Below, in pieces: positions 24,020 to 32,829 of a stretch of 36,381 nt of DNA (positions within the stretch are counted from its first letter, which is position 1; each line of letters opens with the position of its first letter). Both the position numbers and the translations under genes were made by a program. Location: IMG/VR virus record IMGVR_UViG_3300032116_000646, positions 1-36,381 of that record; one strand, written 5' to 3'. This DNA comes from a virus (lineage: Duplodnaviria; Caudoviricetes). The notes below the pieces were generated by a model that made no database searches, had not been told where the DNA came from, and saw nothing but the letters and a program-made list of their open reading frames with translations.

Positions 24020-26479
24020 TCACCCCGAAGTCGAAAGTTCTGCGACCAACGCGATAACGTGAAAGGGCAGCGGATCATCGTGCTCAAGTCTTACCACAGC
24101 TTCGCGATCCCAGCCCGATGGGAAATCCACGCTTTCCTGCGCAATCCCCGTAAACAGCGGCGGGCTTGCATCCATCGGCTGCGTTGCGCGCCGATAGAGC
24201 AGCGGCTTTTGATTGGCCGCGTCCGGCCCCATGGTGCCACCCAGCGACGCAACCAGGCGCGGGTAAACCTGACTGATGCGCTTGGCCCGGCTTTGTGCCG
24301 CGCCGGCCTGGGCACCCGCTTCCAAATCCTGCGTTTCGAGAACGGCCGTGTAGCCGTATCCGATGTGTGCTTTCGTCGTGGCCCGATTGAGCGTCACGCG
24401 GCCCGAAGACGACACGGTATGGCTTTCAACGGCGCCGTTGTTTAAGACCTTCACGTCCTGCCCGCGCAGATGCCAGAGCCCGGAAAGCGTCGTTGTCGAG
24501 CCGCCCGAATAGGTGAGCGAGCTATCCAGCAACACCGCGTCTTCCTTGTCGGCGTCGTCGTTGAACGGTGGCAGCATCACCTCAATGGTATAGGCGCCAT
24601 CGCGAAGAACGGACAACCACAGCTCATCGCCTTCATCAGACGGGATGACGCAGATTGATTGCACCTCGCCACTGCCGCCGAGGATATGCCGGCCCCAGGC
24701 GATGATCTCCTGCGCTCGCTCATAGGTGCAGGCCGCCAGCGTGCCATCCGTGCGCCGGCACCAGATCACGGAATCGGGAACGAGTTCATAGGCAAGCTCG
24801 GTGAACCCGCCGCCCATGATGTGCTCGGAGAAAATTGTGAGGTCCGTGCTCTGAAAGGCATCGTCGGCGTAGCTGTATTGATATTCCCGGAGCTTGCGCG
24901 CGGGGTTGTTTGCCGCTCCATCGCGCTGCGGATAGAGCACGAGCTGATTGACACGCACGGGATGCGCTTCCGAAGTGCCATAGGAGGTCTGCACGACGGC
25001 TTTGAAGTTGGTCGGGGTCAGCGCTTCGTTCTGGTTGCTCGCCGCAATGGCATATTCCGACGCGCTCGTGCCTGCCATCAGCACGCGGCCCGAGGCCAGC
25101 CAGCGGATGACATCGGCCGACCCGCCGGCAATGCGATACGTTACCGCCTTGTCGTCTTCGCTGCCGTCCGTGAAATCCTCATAGCCACCCGATCGCGTGC
25201 CCCAGATGACAGACGGCTCCGACGTTGATCCGGCCAGGAATAGACGCTGTTCGTAGAACGCCAGTGCTCCCGGATAACCGCGATAGTCGGACCAGGCCCC
25301 CTCTTCCCATAGGCTTGTGCCCGCGCGCACGACGGATTCCGGCATCTGATAGCGCACGATGACAGCCGCAGCGACGGTGGCCGATGTCACGGCCGTGATG
25401 CGAACGATGCAATAGCCTGGGTGCAGGAAATCCGAGTCAAAATAATTTGTTGGGGTTGGCCCAACCACGCGCACGCGGCCCGATGTGTGATCCGGTACGC
25501 GCGTATAGTTCTGCCAGTTCGCCGTGCCGGCAACATTGGCGATCCCGTACACATTGCCCGCGTTCGTGTACATTGATCCAAACGTCATGGCGATGTTGCT
25601 CCCAACGGGAGCTGACGCCACGCCAATCGATCCCTCTTCATTGAGACGAAACAAACCGCCAACCATGTCGGAATGAAACGCACTCGCGCTGGCCGTCAGA
25701 GTGCAGCTTGTGTTGACCGTATAAGTGCCATAAGCCGTCACCGCCGTAGAAAACGCGCTTGGCGTGATCTTTGTATCTGGATCGCCGTTAATGGTGCGGA
25801 ACGGACCCGTCGTGATGGTCGGGGTTGTCAACGTCCATGACGTGTCGGACAATCGGGTGATCTTGCGAAGCGGGTGCGAGAGATGCGCAATATAAAGCGT
25901 ATCGTAGACCTGGGCGAAGGTCATCTCTTCCACTTCGGGGAACGAATACGTGGTCGCCAGCGACACCACCTCACCCGAGGTTCCGCCGGACGTGTAGGCG
26001 GTATATCCCGATGTGTCGACATTCAGTTGAAACGTGTTCGCGGTCAACACAGTGACTTCAAAGATCCGATTGTTGACCTCGGTCATTCCCCCGACCGAAA
26101 GGATTTGCACATAGTTTCCGGTCGTCAACCCGTGCGACGTTGCCGTCACCACGCCATTGGCCGCCTGCGTGATGCCCGTGATTGCAACCGGCGTATAGGT
26201 GATGATGCCGCGATCCTTGAAAAACCAGACGAACGAATCCCCAAACCCCAGGCAATAGCTCTGCTCGGTGCTGTACACGAACGGCACCAGCCGCAGATTG
26301 TCAAAATGCTCGCATACGAACCGCGTGCCGGAGCGCTTGCGAGCACCACCGTGCGGAACGATGTCCATATTTTCCAGCGTGCGACAGCCGGATGCATATT
26401 TTTTTATGTCGGTGCGGCCACGCAGCCGGGGCGATAGCTCGCCGCCACTAAAGTTAGTAATTGGGAACGAAATCTTCAT
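24020..26479 (-). CDS. Tail tubular protein B / nozzle (T7 gp12-like, 819 aa)
   Basis: NFSGGELSPRLRGRTD...N..PHGGARKRSGTRF, AQVYDTLYIAH, GYP...FYEQRL, DLT..SEH, AWGRH. Confidence 0.9.
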   Translation of the reverse strand: MKISFPITNFSGGELSPRLRGRTDIKKYASGCRTLENMDIVPHGGARKRSGTRFVCEHFDNLRLVPFVYSTEQSYCLGFGDSFVWFFKDRGIITYTPVAITGITQAANGVVTATSHGLTTGNYVQILSVGGMTEVNNRIFEVTVLTANTFQLNVDTSGYTAYTSGGTSGEVVSLATTYSFPEVEEMTFAQVYDTLYIAHLSHPLRKITRLSDTSWTLTTPTITTGPFRTINGDPDTKITPSAFSTAVTAYGTYTVNTSCTLTASASAFHSDMVGGLFRLNEEGSIGVASAPVGSNIAMTFGSMYTNAGNVYGIANVAGTANWQNYTRVPDHTSGRVRVVGPTPTNYFDSDFLHPGYCIVRITAVTSATVAAAVIVRYQMPESVVRAGTSLWEEGAWSDYRGYPGALAFYEQRLFLAGSTSEPSVIWGTRSGGYEDFTDGSEDDKAVTYRIAGGSADVIRWLASGRVLMAGTSASEYAIAASNQNEALTPTNFKAVVQTSYGTSEAHPVRVNQLVLYPQRDGAANNPARKLREYQYSYADDAFQSTDLTIFSEHIMGGGFTELAYELVPDSVIWCRRTDGTLAACTYERAQEIIAWGRHILGGSGEVQSICVIPSDEGDELWLSVLRDGAYTIEVMLPPFNDDADKEDAVLLDSSLTYSGGSTTTLSGLWHLRGQDVKVLNNGAVESHTVSSSGRVTLNRATTKAHIGYGYTAVLETQDLEAGAQAGAAQSRAKRISQVYPRLVASLGGTMGPDAANQKPLLYRRATQPMDASPPLFTGIAQESVDFPSGWDREAVVRLEHDDPLPFHVIALVAELSTSG

Positions 26480-26498
26480 GGAATAATTCGCGACCGTA

Positions 26499-26514
26499 TG
26501 TTATACTTTTCTGC
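26499..26514 (+). promoter_or_regulatory. Extended -10 promoter, probably giving a leaderless HNH transcript
   Basis: TGtTATACT (TATACT 26502-26507) lies 7 nt before ATG 26515, with no SD. Confidence 0.45.
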
Positions 26515-27159
26515 ATGGACAAAAGAACTCTTTATGCCCAGAAACGTCGGGCAGCGATGATCGGGCGCAAGTTTGGTCGACTGCATGTGATTGAATGGCT
26601 CCGAAGTGACCATGCCGCTCATTACCGCGTAGAATGCGGGGAGTGCGGGAAACAATTTGAACGAACACCACAGGCACTCACCAAAGCGAAAAGCCCATGT
26701 CCGTGCTTCACGCACCAGACAAAACATGGGCAACTCAACAACCCAACTTACAAAACTTGGAACAACATGGTGAACCGTTGCACGTACCCGAGCACGCCAA
26801 ATTTCAAGCGCTACGGCGGGCGAGGTATCACGGTCTGCGAACGCTGGCGCGACTATGTGAACTTCCTTGCCGACATGGGCGAACGTCCACCCAACACAAG
26901 CCTCGATCGCATCGACGGCAACGGCAATTACGAACCTGGAAACTGCCGATGGGCCACACGCAAAGAGCAGCGACGCAACATGGGTGAGAATACCATGATG
27001 ACGTTTGCCGGCGAGACAAAAACCCTTGCTGAATGGGCGGAAAAAGTTGGTATCAACCGACAAACCTTGCGTTTTAGGTATGTGCGCAAAGGCTGGTCCG
27101 CAGAACGAGCACTAACCGAACCTTTAGGCACCAGCACAGGGCGACGCGCCAAACGTTAG
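26515..27159 (+). CDS. HNH homing endonuclease, antisense insertion between adaptor and nozzle genes
   Basis: GRKFGRL.V...CGECG, TYKTWNNMVNRC...YGGRGITVCERW..F.ADMGERP...LDRIDGNGNYEPGNCRWAT..EQ..N, TLAEWAE. Confidence 0.9.
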   Translation: MDKRTLYAQKRRAAMIGRKFGRLHVIEWLRSDHAAHYRVECGECGKQFERTPQALTKAKSPCPCFTHQTKHGQLNNPTYKTWNNMVNRCTYPSTPNFKRYGGRGITVCERWRDYVNFLADMGERPPNTSLDRIDGNGNYEPGNCRWATRKEQRRNMGENTMMTFAGETKTLAEWAEKVGINRQTLRFRYVRKGWSAERALTEPLGTSTGRRAKR

Positions 27160-27758
27160 AGCCTCGCTGTCAGCCAGCCGGTGGCGTCGACAAACTCACG
27201 CGGCGTGCCTTCTTGTGCATTGACGCTGCGGGCGTCGCGGATCTTGGCCGCATACATATCCCACATCGTTTTTGCGAGACTGGCGTTATCGGCCAGCGGC
27301 ATGGCCAGTTCAGCGGCCAACCGCTGCGCGAGGCAATCCACAAACAGCGTGTCGAATTGCGCCGTGTCCGTCACCCGCGCGACGTATTCGAGCCGCACCG
27401 TGTCCTCGTCGGACAACAAGTATCGCCCCTCGATCTTGTACGGCGCGCCCGTGGAGTACGGATAGCCGTATTCGATCCCGCCCGCGATGTCGTCGAGGTC
27501 CGTGCGGATGACCTTAAGGCAATCCGCCGGCAGGGCGTGCTGATAGGCAAACTCGTGATTGGGCGTCGTCACCAACAAGGCCAGCGTTGAGCGCTGGATG
27601 GCAAAATTCCAATGGTGATCGCGGAGCATGATGTCACGCGCCAGCGGGTAATGCAACGTGCACAGGTCTGCCGCCTTCGTCCCCTCGGACAGTGATGTGA
27701 TCTGGCTGTGCCCGATGCGGGTCAGTGCAAGATTGCAGATGTCGGTTTCAGATGCCAT
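27156..27758 (-). CDS. Tail tubular protein A / head-tail adaptor (T7 gp11-like, 200 aa)
   Basis: MASETDICNLALTRIG...HHWNFA...LPADCLKV...IEG..L...FD.LF..LA.RLAAELA. Confidence 0.9.
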   Translation of the reverse strand: MASETDICNLALTRIGHSQITSLSEGTKAADLCTLHYPLARDIMLRDHHWNFAIQRSTLALLVTTPNHEFAYQHALPADCLKVIRTDLDDIAGGIEYGYPYSTGAPYKIEGRYLLSDEDTVRLEYVARVTDTAQFDTLFVDCLAQRLAAELAMPLADNASLAKTMWDMYAAKIRDARSVNAQEGTPREFVDATGWLTARL

Positions 27759-28608
27759 GCCCATTCCCATAGAATAGTCCGTTCCATTGCAACGGATCAT
27801 CTATAACGCCGTAGAGTGGCGACAAAGACAGCACCCACGACTTGCGATGCTCCGCCCCCGGCGGCAATTTCCACCAAAGCCGCCCGCTACTCCACAAGCC
27901 AACGGCTTGGCAAATCCGCCGATGCCACGCACTGCGATCCGCTTCAGTCTGCAAATGCGTCATGGCGTAGCCGGTCGCGTCGAACCCAGTCGCAGGCTCG
28001 ACCGCATGCGACCACTCGGCCGTCTCGACGCGAACAGCGCTGCCCGTCGCAATCGCCTCGGGTAGCGCTTTTGCAGCAATAAAACCGCCGGCCTCGGTGC
28101 GGAATATCGTCTTGAGCGACACGTCACAGACCGCCCAATCTGCACCGATCTTCACCTCGATCGCCTCGTGCCCGTCGACGACATTATTCGGCGTCTCCAT
28201 GGTCAAGAAATGCACGCGCCGATGCGGCACGCCGCACGGTCCAAGAATGGCCGCCGATGTCCATGCACAATGATCGCCACACAGCAATTGCAGCGTTGAC
28301 GTTCTCGACTTTGCTAGACGTTGCGAAAGGCTCAGCCCCGCATCGCCCTTGCCAAAGGCGACCATCCGCGATGCCGCCGAAACCAACGCCACAACGTCCC
28401 CAGTATTGACCACCATGCGCGTGGTGTTCGGGGTTGCCGTGTTGGTCAACATATAGAGACCTGGTCGCGTCAGGTCATAGGTGTGCTCGTTATACTTGTA
28501 ATAACCAGGATTGAACGCGATCTGTGGCGCCCATACCAACGTCGGCAAGTTGCCAACCGGGGCCAGTTCTTCCCGCGTCAACCCATTAAACCAGAATGCT
28601 TTCTGCAT
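27748..28608 (-). CDS. Transglutaminase-like (Cys-His-Asp) domain protein (286 aa)
   Basis: LLCGDHCAW...GVPHRRV...GHEAIEV....WAVCD follows the transglutaminase-core spacing. Confidence 0.65.
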   Translation of the reverse strand: MQKAFWFNGLTREELAPVGNLPTLVWAPQIAFNPGYYKYNEHTYDLTRPGLYMLTNTATPNTTRMVVNTGDVVALVSAASRMVAFGKGDAGLSLSQRLAKSRTSTLQLLCGDHCAWTSAAILGPCGVPHRRVHFLTMETPNNVVDGHEAIEVKIGADWAVCDVSLKTIFRTEAGGFIAAKALPEAIATGSAVRVETAEWSHAVEPATGFDATGYAMTHLQTEADRSAWHRRICQAVGLWSSGRLWWKLPPGAEHRKSWVLSLSPLYGVIDDPLQWNGLFYGNGHGI

Positions 28609-28611
28609 CTC

Positions 28612-30027
28612 TTATCCACGCCAAATCGCCGAGAAGCGGCACACCTGCTGCGAGTCGAGAACGCCATAGGCCGTCGCAGATGATCCTGTTGTCCATTGTC
28701 TTTCTAACGCTTGGACGTAGTGAAATCCGAGGCCTGGGTATCCATCATAGCGGACATGACCTGCAACAACACCCGTCCCGATCGAGCCGTAGATACTGCT
28801 AATCATTGTGGTGTTGTCGACGCCAATGCCAGACAAATAATCGCCGCTGGCTCCGCCGCTGAAAGGTAAATTCAGCGCGGCCGTCACAGGCTCGTCGTTG
28901 AGCCCTCTTATCATCGAAACGCGATTGCCGGCAGAGTTGTTCAGGTTTCTCGGTGTCGCGCTATTATACGTCCACGAGGCCGTGCTGTCGCTCGACGTTG
29001 CTGCGATTGTCACGCGATTATACATATTCCAGACGCCGATCAAGCCAGCCGTTCCACCTGCGGCAGTTCCACCGACAATGAAATCAACCGTCGATGTGCC
29101 GTTTGTGCGAACAGTGCCAACATACGTTCCGCGCTGCGCGGCGGGGCCGTTTGTAATTGCGATTTTGTTGACGAGAATGCCCGCGACGTACTCTAGCTCG
29201 GTGGTGCCCGCCCCGGTGCCGCGTGCGGTATCGGATGTCCAGGCAGGCCCCCGCGTGCAACGATAGGTGCCGCTATCGTTCCACACAAACAGATCGTAGT
29301 TGCTGTTCGTCGTGCACGCCGCCGGGCTCTTGGTTGCGTCGGTCGTGGCCTGCGATAGCTCCGCCGCAATATCGTGCATCTTCCAACGTGTTCCGTCATA
29401 GATTGGAACATGCTGACCAACGTGCGGCGTATAATAGATCGTTGAAGCAGCCGAGACCGTTGACGTTAGCACAGGTGTCGCCGTTGTCAGCGTCAACCGC
29501 CCTTGGGGCGGACCAGGCGAAACGCCAAGATTGAGGCGAGCGGTTGAGGCGTTGGCAACGTCTGAAAGATTGTTCGATGCCACGACGCCCGTCACCCAAG
29601 ACGGGTTTCCGCCTGGTCCGCCGGATTGCAAAATCTGGCCTGATACGCCCGCGCCGAGCACCACCCATTGCGTCGCGTTGCGGTAGAGAATATCGCCTTG
29701 CGTCCAGCCGATGCCCTCCGCCAAGGCCCGAAACCCAGCCGCCGCTGTGCTGGCGCCCGTGCCACCATCGGTTACGGGAACGTCTGTGCCGCCCGCGCGA
29801 TAAACCGCATTCCCCTCGACCGCGATATCTCCTGCGCCCGCGCGCGTAATTGTGGTGTCAGACGCATGGCCAAGATTGATGGCGGTAAACTGCGGACTGT
29901 CGCCCGCGGTGTCTAAGGCATCGACAAGGTCGACGAGATCTCCATTAATCTGCACCTTGGCATAGGTAATGTCGGCCTCGTCCATGTTGACCGGGAAGCC
30001 AAAAATCTGAGATTTAATGACGGCCAC
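28612..30027 (-). CDS. Second fibre/spike-like virion protein (471 aa)
   Basis: VPVTDGGTGASTA, QGDILYRN..W..L.AG.SGQ, NNLSDVANASTARLNLG fibre motifs, then PQGRLTLTTATPV...YDLF domain. No gp17-type anchor. Confidence 0.75.
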   Translation of the reverse strand: MAVIKSQIFGFPVNMDEADITYAKVQINGDLVDLVDALDTAGDSPQFTAINLGHASDTTITRAGAGDIAVEGNAVYRAGGTDVPVTDGGTGASTAAAGFRALAEGIGWTQGDILYRNATQWVVLGAGVSGQILQSGGPGGNPSWVTGVVASNNLSDVANASTARLNLGVSPGPPQGRLTLTTATPVLTSTVSAASTIYYTPHVGQHVPIYDGTRWKMHDIAAELSQATTDATKSPAACTTNSNYDLFVWNDSGTYRCTRGPAWTSDTARGTGAGTTELEYVAGILVNKIAITNGPAAQRGTYVGTVRTNGTSTVDFIVGGTAAGGTAGLIGVWNMYNRVTIAATSSDSTASWTYNSATPRNLNNSAGNRVSMIRGLNDEPVTAALNLPFSGGASGDYLSGIGVDNTTMISSIYGSIGTGVVAGHVRYDGYPGLGFHYVQALERQWTTGSSATAYGVLDSQQVCRFSAIWRG

Positions 30028-30067
30028 GTCTCACCTCGCTTGCAGTGTCAGCAGTCAACCGACCTCA

Positions 30068-30355
30068 TCACGCCGTAATTGCCGCCACCTTGTTGCCGAC
30101 GTTGATCTGGAAAATTGCGACCGAGTTCGCCGGCATGTAGTAGCGGGCTGTGGTCCCGGTCTGCGCATTGGGATTGGACCCGAACGCCACATAATGAGCG
30201 GTGGAATCCGTCGCGATCCGAACGAACGGCTTGCCCGCAGTTGAGGCCGACGACTGCGCATTGCTGGCGCTGGTGGTGACGACTTCCGACACGACGCTTT
30301 CGCCTTCGATTGCAACAAGGCCGTGCGAACAGAAAGCCACATGAAGACTTGCCAT
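30068..30355 (-). CDS. Small beta-rich putative virion protein (95 aa)
   Basis: GAGG SD. VRIATD...VAFGSNP.A...YYMPAN..F..G.KVAAI pattern. Confidence 0.7.
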   Translation of the reverse strand: MASLHVAFCSHGLVAIEGESVVSEVVTTSASNAQSSASTAGKPFVRIATDSTAHYVAFGSNPNAQTGTTARYYMPANSVAIFQINVGNKVAAITA

Positions 30356-30386
30356 GGGGAATGCCTCTTAGATGTCAGGTTGTCGA

Positions 30387-31049
30387 TCAGTCGTCACCGA
30401 GAAGCGTGCCATTGACGGTGATGGTGCCGGTCACGGCCAGCGTGCTGGTGGCATCGATGGTCGCAGCAGAGCCCGAGACGTTGAGATAGAGATCCGCTGC
30501 CGTTCCCGTGCCATCGACGACGCCAATATCCAGTGGACCAGTGTGCCGGCTTCCCGTGGCCGTGCCGCCAGACAGCGTGATCTCAAGCGACGCGCCGACG
30601 TTGACCTGCGTCGTGCTGCCGAGCGACTTGTCGGCCGCTGCCGAGATGGCCGTTGTGCCGAGGCCAATCACAAAGTTGGCATCGCCCGCCCCGCCGGTCA
30701 GCGTGGCGCCTTCCGCAAACGCGGTGTAGTTCGCGCGCGAGCCCATGAAGGCGATCGAGCTTTCGACAAAATCAAAGAGCTTTGTTGCGCCGTGCGAGCC
30801 GCTGGCCGCGCCATCCGTAATGGCGACCGACAAGGCCGTCAGCGTGAACGTCAACTGGAAGTCGCGGCCGTTGCGCAGGATGCTGCACGAGAGCCCCGAG
30901 GTTGCCGGCGCGGCGCCGATCAGCGTGGCGTTGTTGGTCTGCGCCAGCAGCGCCAGATCATCCTCGTTAATCACCGTCTCACCGATGCGGATCGTATTCA
31001 CCCAAATATCGTGATTGGGGCCGTTCGTATCGGTGATGCGTCGGGACAT
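30387..31049 (-). CDS. Thr/Ala/Gly-rich putative capsid decoration protein (220 aa)
   Basis: AGGAG SD. Jelly-roll-like alternating strands ending TGTITVNGTLLGDD. Confidence 0.7.
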   Translation of the reverse strand: MSRRITDTNGPNHDIWVNTIRIGETVINEDDLALLAQTNNATLIGAAPATSGLSCSILRNGRDFQLTFTLTALSVAITDGAASGSHGATKLFDFVESSIAFMGSRANYTAFAEGATLTGGAGDANFVIGLGTTAISAAADKSLGSTTQVNVGASLEITLSGGTATGSRHTGPLDIGVVDGTGTAADLYLNVSGSAATIDATSTLAVTGTITVNGTLLGDD

Positions 31050-31074
31050 TCTCTGATCTCCTGTGCGGGATGAG

Positions 31075-31773
31075 TTAGGCCGCTGTCACCAGCGACGCGA
31101 GCGGCAGTGTTTCGGCGTAGCAACCCTCGAACGCCTTGCGGCCGATGTGGCGGAAGCGAAGCAGCGTGTCGCAGTAGACCTTGCCGCCGAGGTCGCGCCA
31201 GCGCATGCAAAAGCGATAATCCTCGCCGACCACCTCGGGCAGCTCGCCACCCTCTTCGCTGGGCATCAGATCGAACCAGAACAGCGCATGCGCCTTGCCG
31301 CCTGGTGCGTTGCGGTCGCGATAGGCCAGCTCGGGATGCGCGGCCACCATGGTCTCTGCGCACTTGCGCGAGATGCGCAGGAACCCGGTTGGAAGCATCC
31401 GAACTTCCAGCAAGCCGGTCTGCGGGTTGAAGGCTCCACCCGTCAGGCGCTTGATCGGGAACTTGATCGGATCGGCGCGGGTCGGATAGGTGCCGCCGAC
31501 CAGATCGCAGTCATGCGACAGGATGCGCCGCACGGCGGCATCTTCCCAGGCCATATCGTCATCGAGCATCACAAGGTCGTCGCAGCCGGACGCCAGGAAC
31601 TCGGCCAAGACGCGATTGCGCGCCCGAGGCAGAATCGAATCCCCGACGCACAGATGGAACTTCATATCGATGCCGGCGCGCATCAGGTCTTGCGTCGTCT
31701 CGACCAGGCTTTGCTGGGTCTCGGCATCGGGTCGGCCGGTGAACGAAAACATCGCCAGATAGACGCGCCGCAT
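31075..31773 (-). CDS. GT-A fold (GT2-like) glycosyltransferase (232 aa)
   Basis: DSILPRARN...LVMLDDDMAW (DxD), VGGTYP, PTGFLRISR, GEDYRFC.RWR..GG...D....HIG. TGATG coupling at 31773. Confidence 0.85.
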   Translation of the reverse strand: MRRVYLAMFSFTGRPDAETQQSLVETTQDLMRAGIDMKFHLCVGDSILPRARNRVLAEFLASGCDDLVMLDDDMAWEDAAVRRILSHDCDLVGGTYPTRADPIKFPIKRLTGGAFNPQTGLLEVRMLPTGFLRISRKCAETMVAAHPELAYRDRNAPGGKAHALFWFDLMPSEEGGELPEVVGEDYRFCMRWRDLGGKVYCDTLLRFRHIGRKAFEGCYAETLPLASLVTAA

Positions 31774-32279
31774 CAAATCCTCGCAGGCTTCGCTGCCGTC
31801 AGGCAGTAGTGATAATGATCGGGAAGAACTTCGCCGGCTGCATCCCAATCGGAGACAAAGAACGGCCGGTAATCGGTCATCGGCGTGCGCCCCACGTTGC
31901 GGGCGTAGAACGGACGATTGAGGAACCCCAATTGCTCCGGCGTCACGACCCGCGTATGGCCGGGATCACCCCAGGCCCATTTGCTGTGCTGATTAGGCGT
32001 GATGATGTAGAAGCGCCCGCCGGGGGCCAGAATGCGCCATATCTCATCGAACAGCGCGAAAAAGGAGCGCCAGTCGCCCTGGCGCCCAAGGTGCTCGACA
32101 ACATCGTAGGCGTGAACCTCCGTGAAGGTGTTCGCCTCGAAGGGATAAGGAAAGACATCGAGGTCGTGAACGACATCGCAGCCCGTCCCGCCATCCATGT
32201 CGAGAGTGACGAGGGAGATCCACTCTCCCTCGCCAAGCTTGCGTTGCCGGCTGTTACCGGCTCCGATCAACAGGTGCAT
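31773..32279 (-). CDS. Class I SAM-dependent methyltransferase (168 aa)
   Basis: LLIGAG (motif I), TLD, DVVHDL...PF, VVEHL, EIWRILAPGG, DPGH. TGATG coupling to the cement gene at 32279. Confidence 0.85.
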   Translation of the reverse strand: MHLLIGAGNSRQRKLGEGEWISLVTLDMDGGTGCDVVHDLDVFPYPFEANTFTEVHAYDVVEHLGRQGDWRSFFALFDEIWRILAPGGRFYIITPNQHSKWAWGDPGHTRVVTPEQLGFLNRPFYARNVGRTPMTDYRPFFVSDWDAAGEVLPDHYHYCLTAAKPARI

Positions 32280-32782
32280 CAGTCGTAAGCGTAGTAGATC
32301 TCGCACGTCACCGTGCCGGCGCCCGACGACAAGTTGGCGTCCTGGATGATGAGCGTGATGTCCAGATCGCACTTTGGATCGGTGGTCTGGCCGTTCACGA
32401 ACTCATAAAGCCGCTTACCCCAGTTGGCACGGTCCTTAATGAAGTCCTTCGTGCCGCTGGTCGAGCAGACGATGCCGTCGTTGATGGCATCGGGGTCGTT
32501 GGTGATGTCGCTCCGAGACGACGTGTTATAGACGCCGATGTCAAAGGTCGCCGTCGTGGCGCCGAGTGTATCGTGAGAAATCACGGACTGGCCCAGGATG
32601 CGAACATTCGACGGCAGACGCGCCATCAGGTAGGTGCTCGACGTGGAGTCGGCCGCAGCCGTCTCGACCGTCTCGACCCACACCTTGACGCGGCCACCGG
32701 CCTCGCCTGGATCGGCAAGAGCGAGATTGCTCGATGTCAGCCCCGTCATAATCCGGGAACCGTAGTTGGTGGTCAAAGCCAT
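32279..32782 (-). CDS. Capsid cement/decoration protein (167 aa)
   Basis: Immediately after the major capsid gene, AGGAG SD. GGRVKV...ARLPSNVRI...DIGVY...GTVTCEIYY jelly-roll pattern. Confidence 0.75.
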   Translation of the reverse strand: MALTTNYGSRIMTGLTSSNLALADPGEAGGRVKVWVETVETAAADSTSSTYLMARLPSNVRILGQSVISHDTLGATTATFDIGVYNTSSRSDITNDPDAINDGIVCSTSGTKDFIKDRANWGKRLYEFVNGQTTDPKCDLDITLIIQDANLSSGAGTVTCEIYYAYD

Positions 32783-32829
32783 TGGATTGATCTCCTAGAG
32801 ATTGATGCGTTGATGAGTGCCGTCAGCTA

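Noticed and set aside
7158-24062. Long plus-strand ORFs (e.g. 7158-8126, 10246-11121, 12525-13514, 22035-22979, 23055-24062)
   Set aside because: Antisense shadows of GC-rich minus-strand genes, with no SD or recognisable motifs.
6960-30027. Diversity-generating retroelement, suggested by the BPP-1-like head genes and the repeat shared by two fibre genes
   Set aside because: No RT or avd gene is visible, differences between the copies are not adenine-specific, and both copies are internal coding segments.
31773-32279. DNA methyltransferase of a restriction-modification system
   Set aside because: Lacks DPPY/NPPY or PC catalytic motifs and is too short; it resembles small-molecule or sugar methyltransferases.
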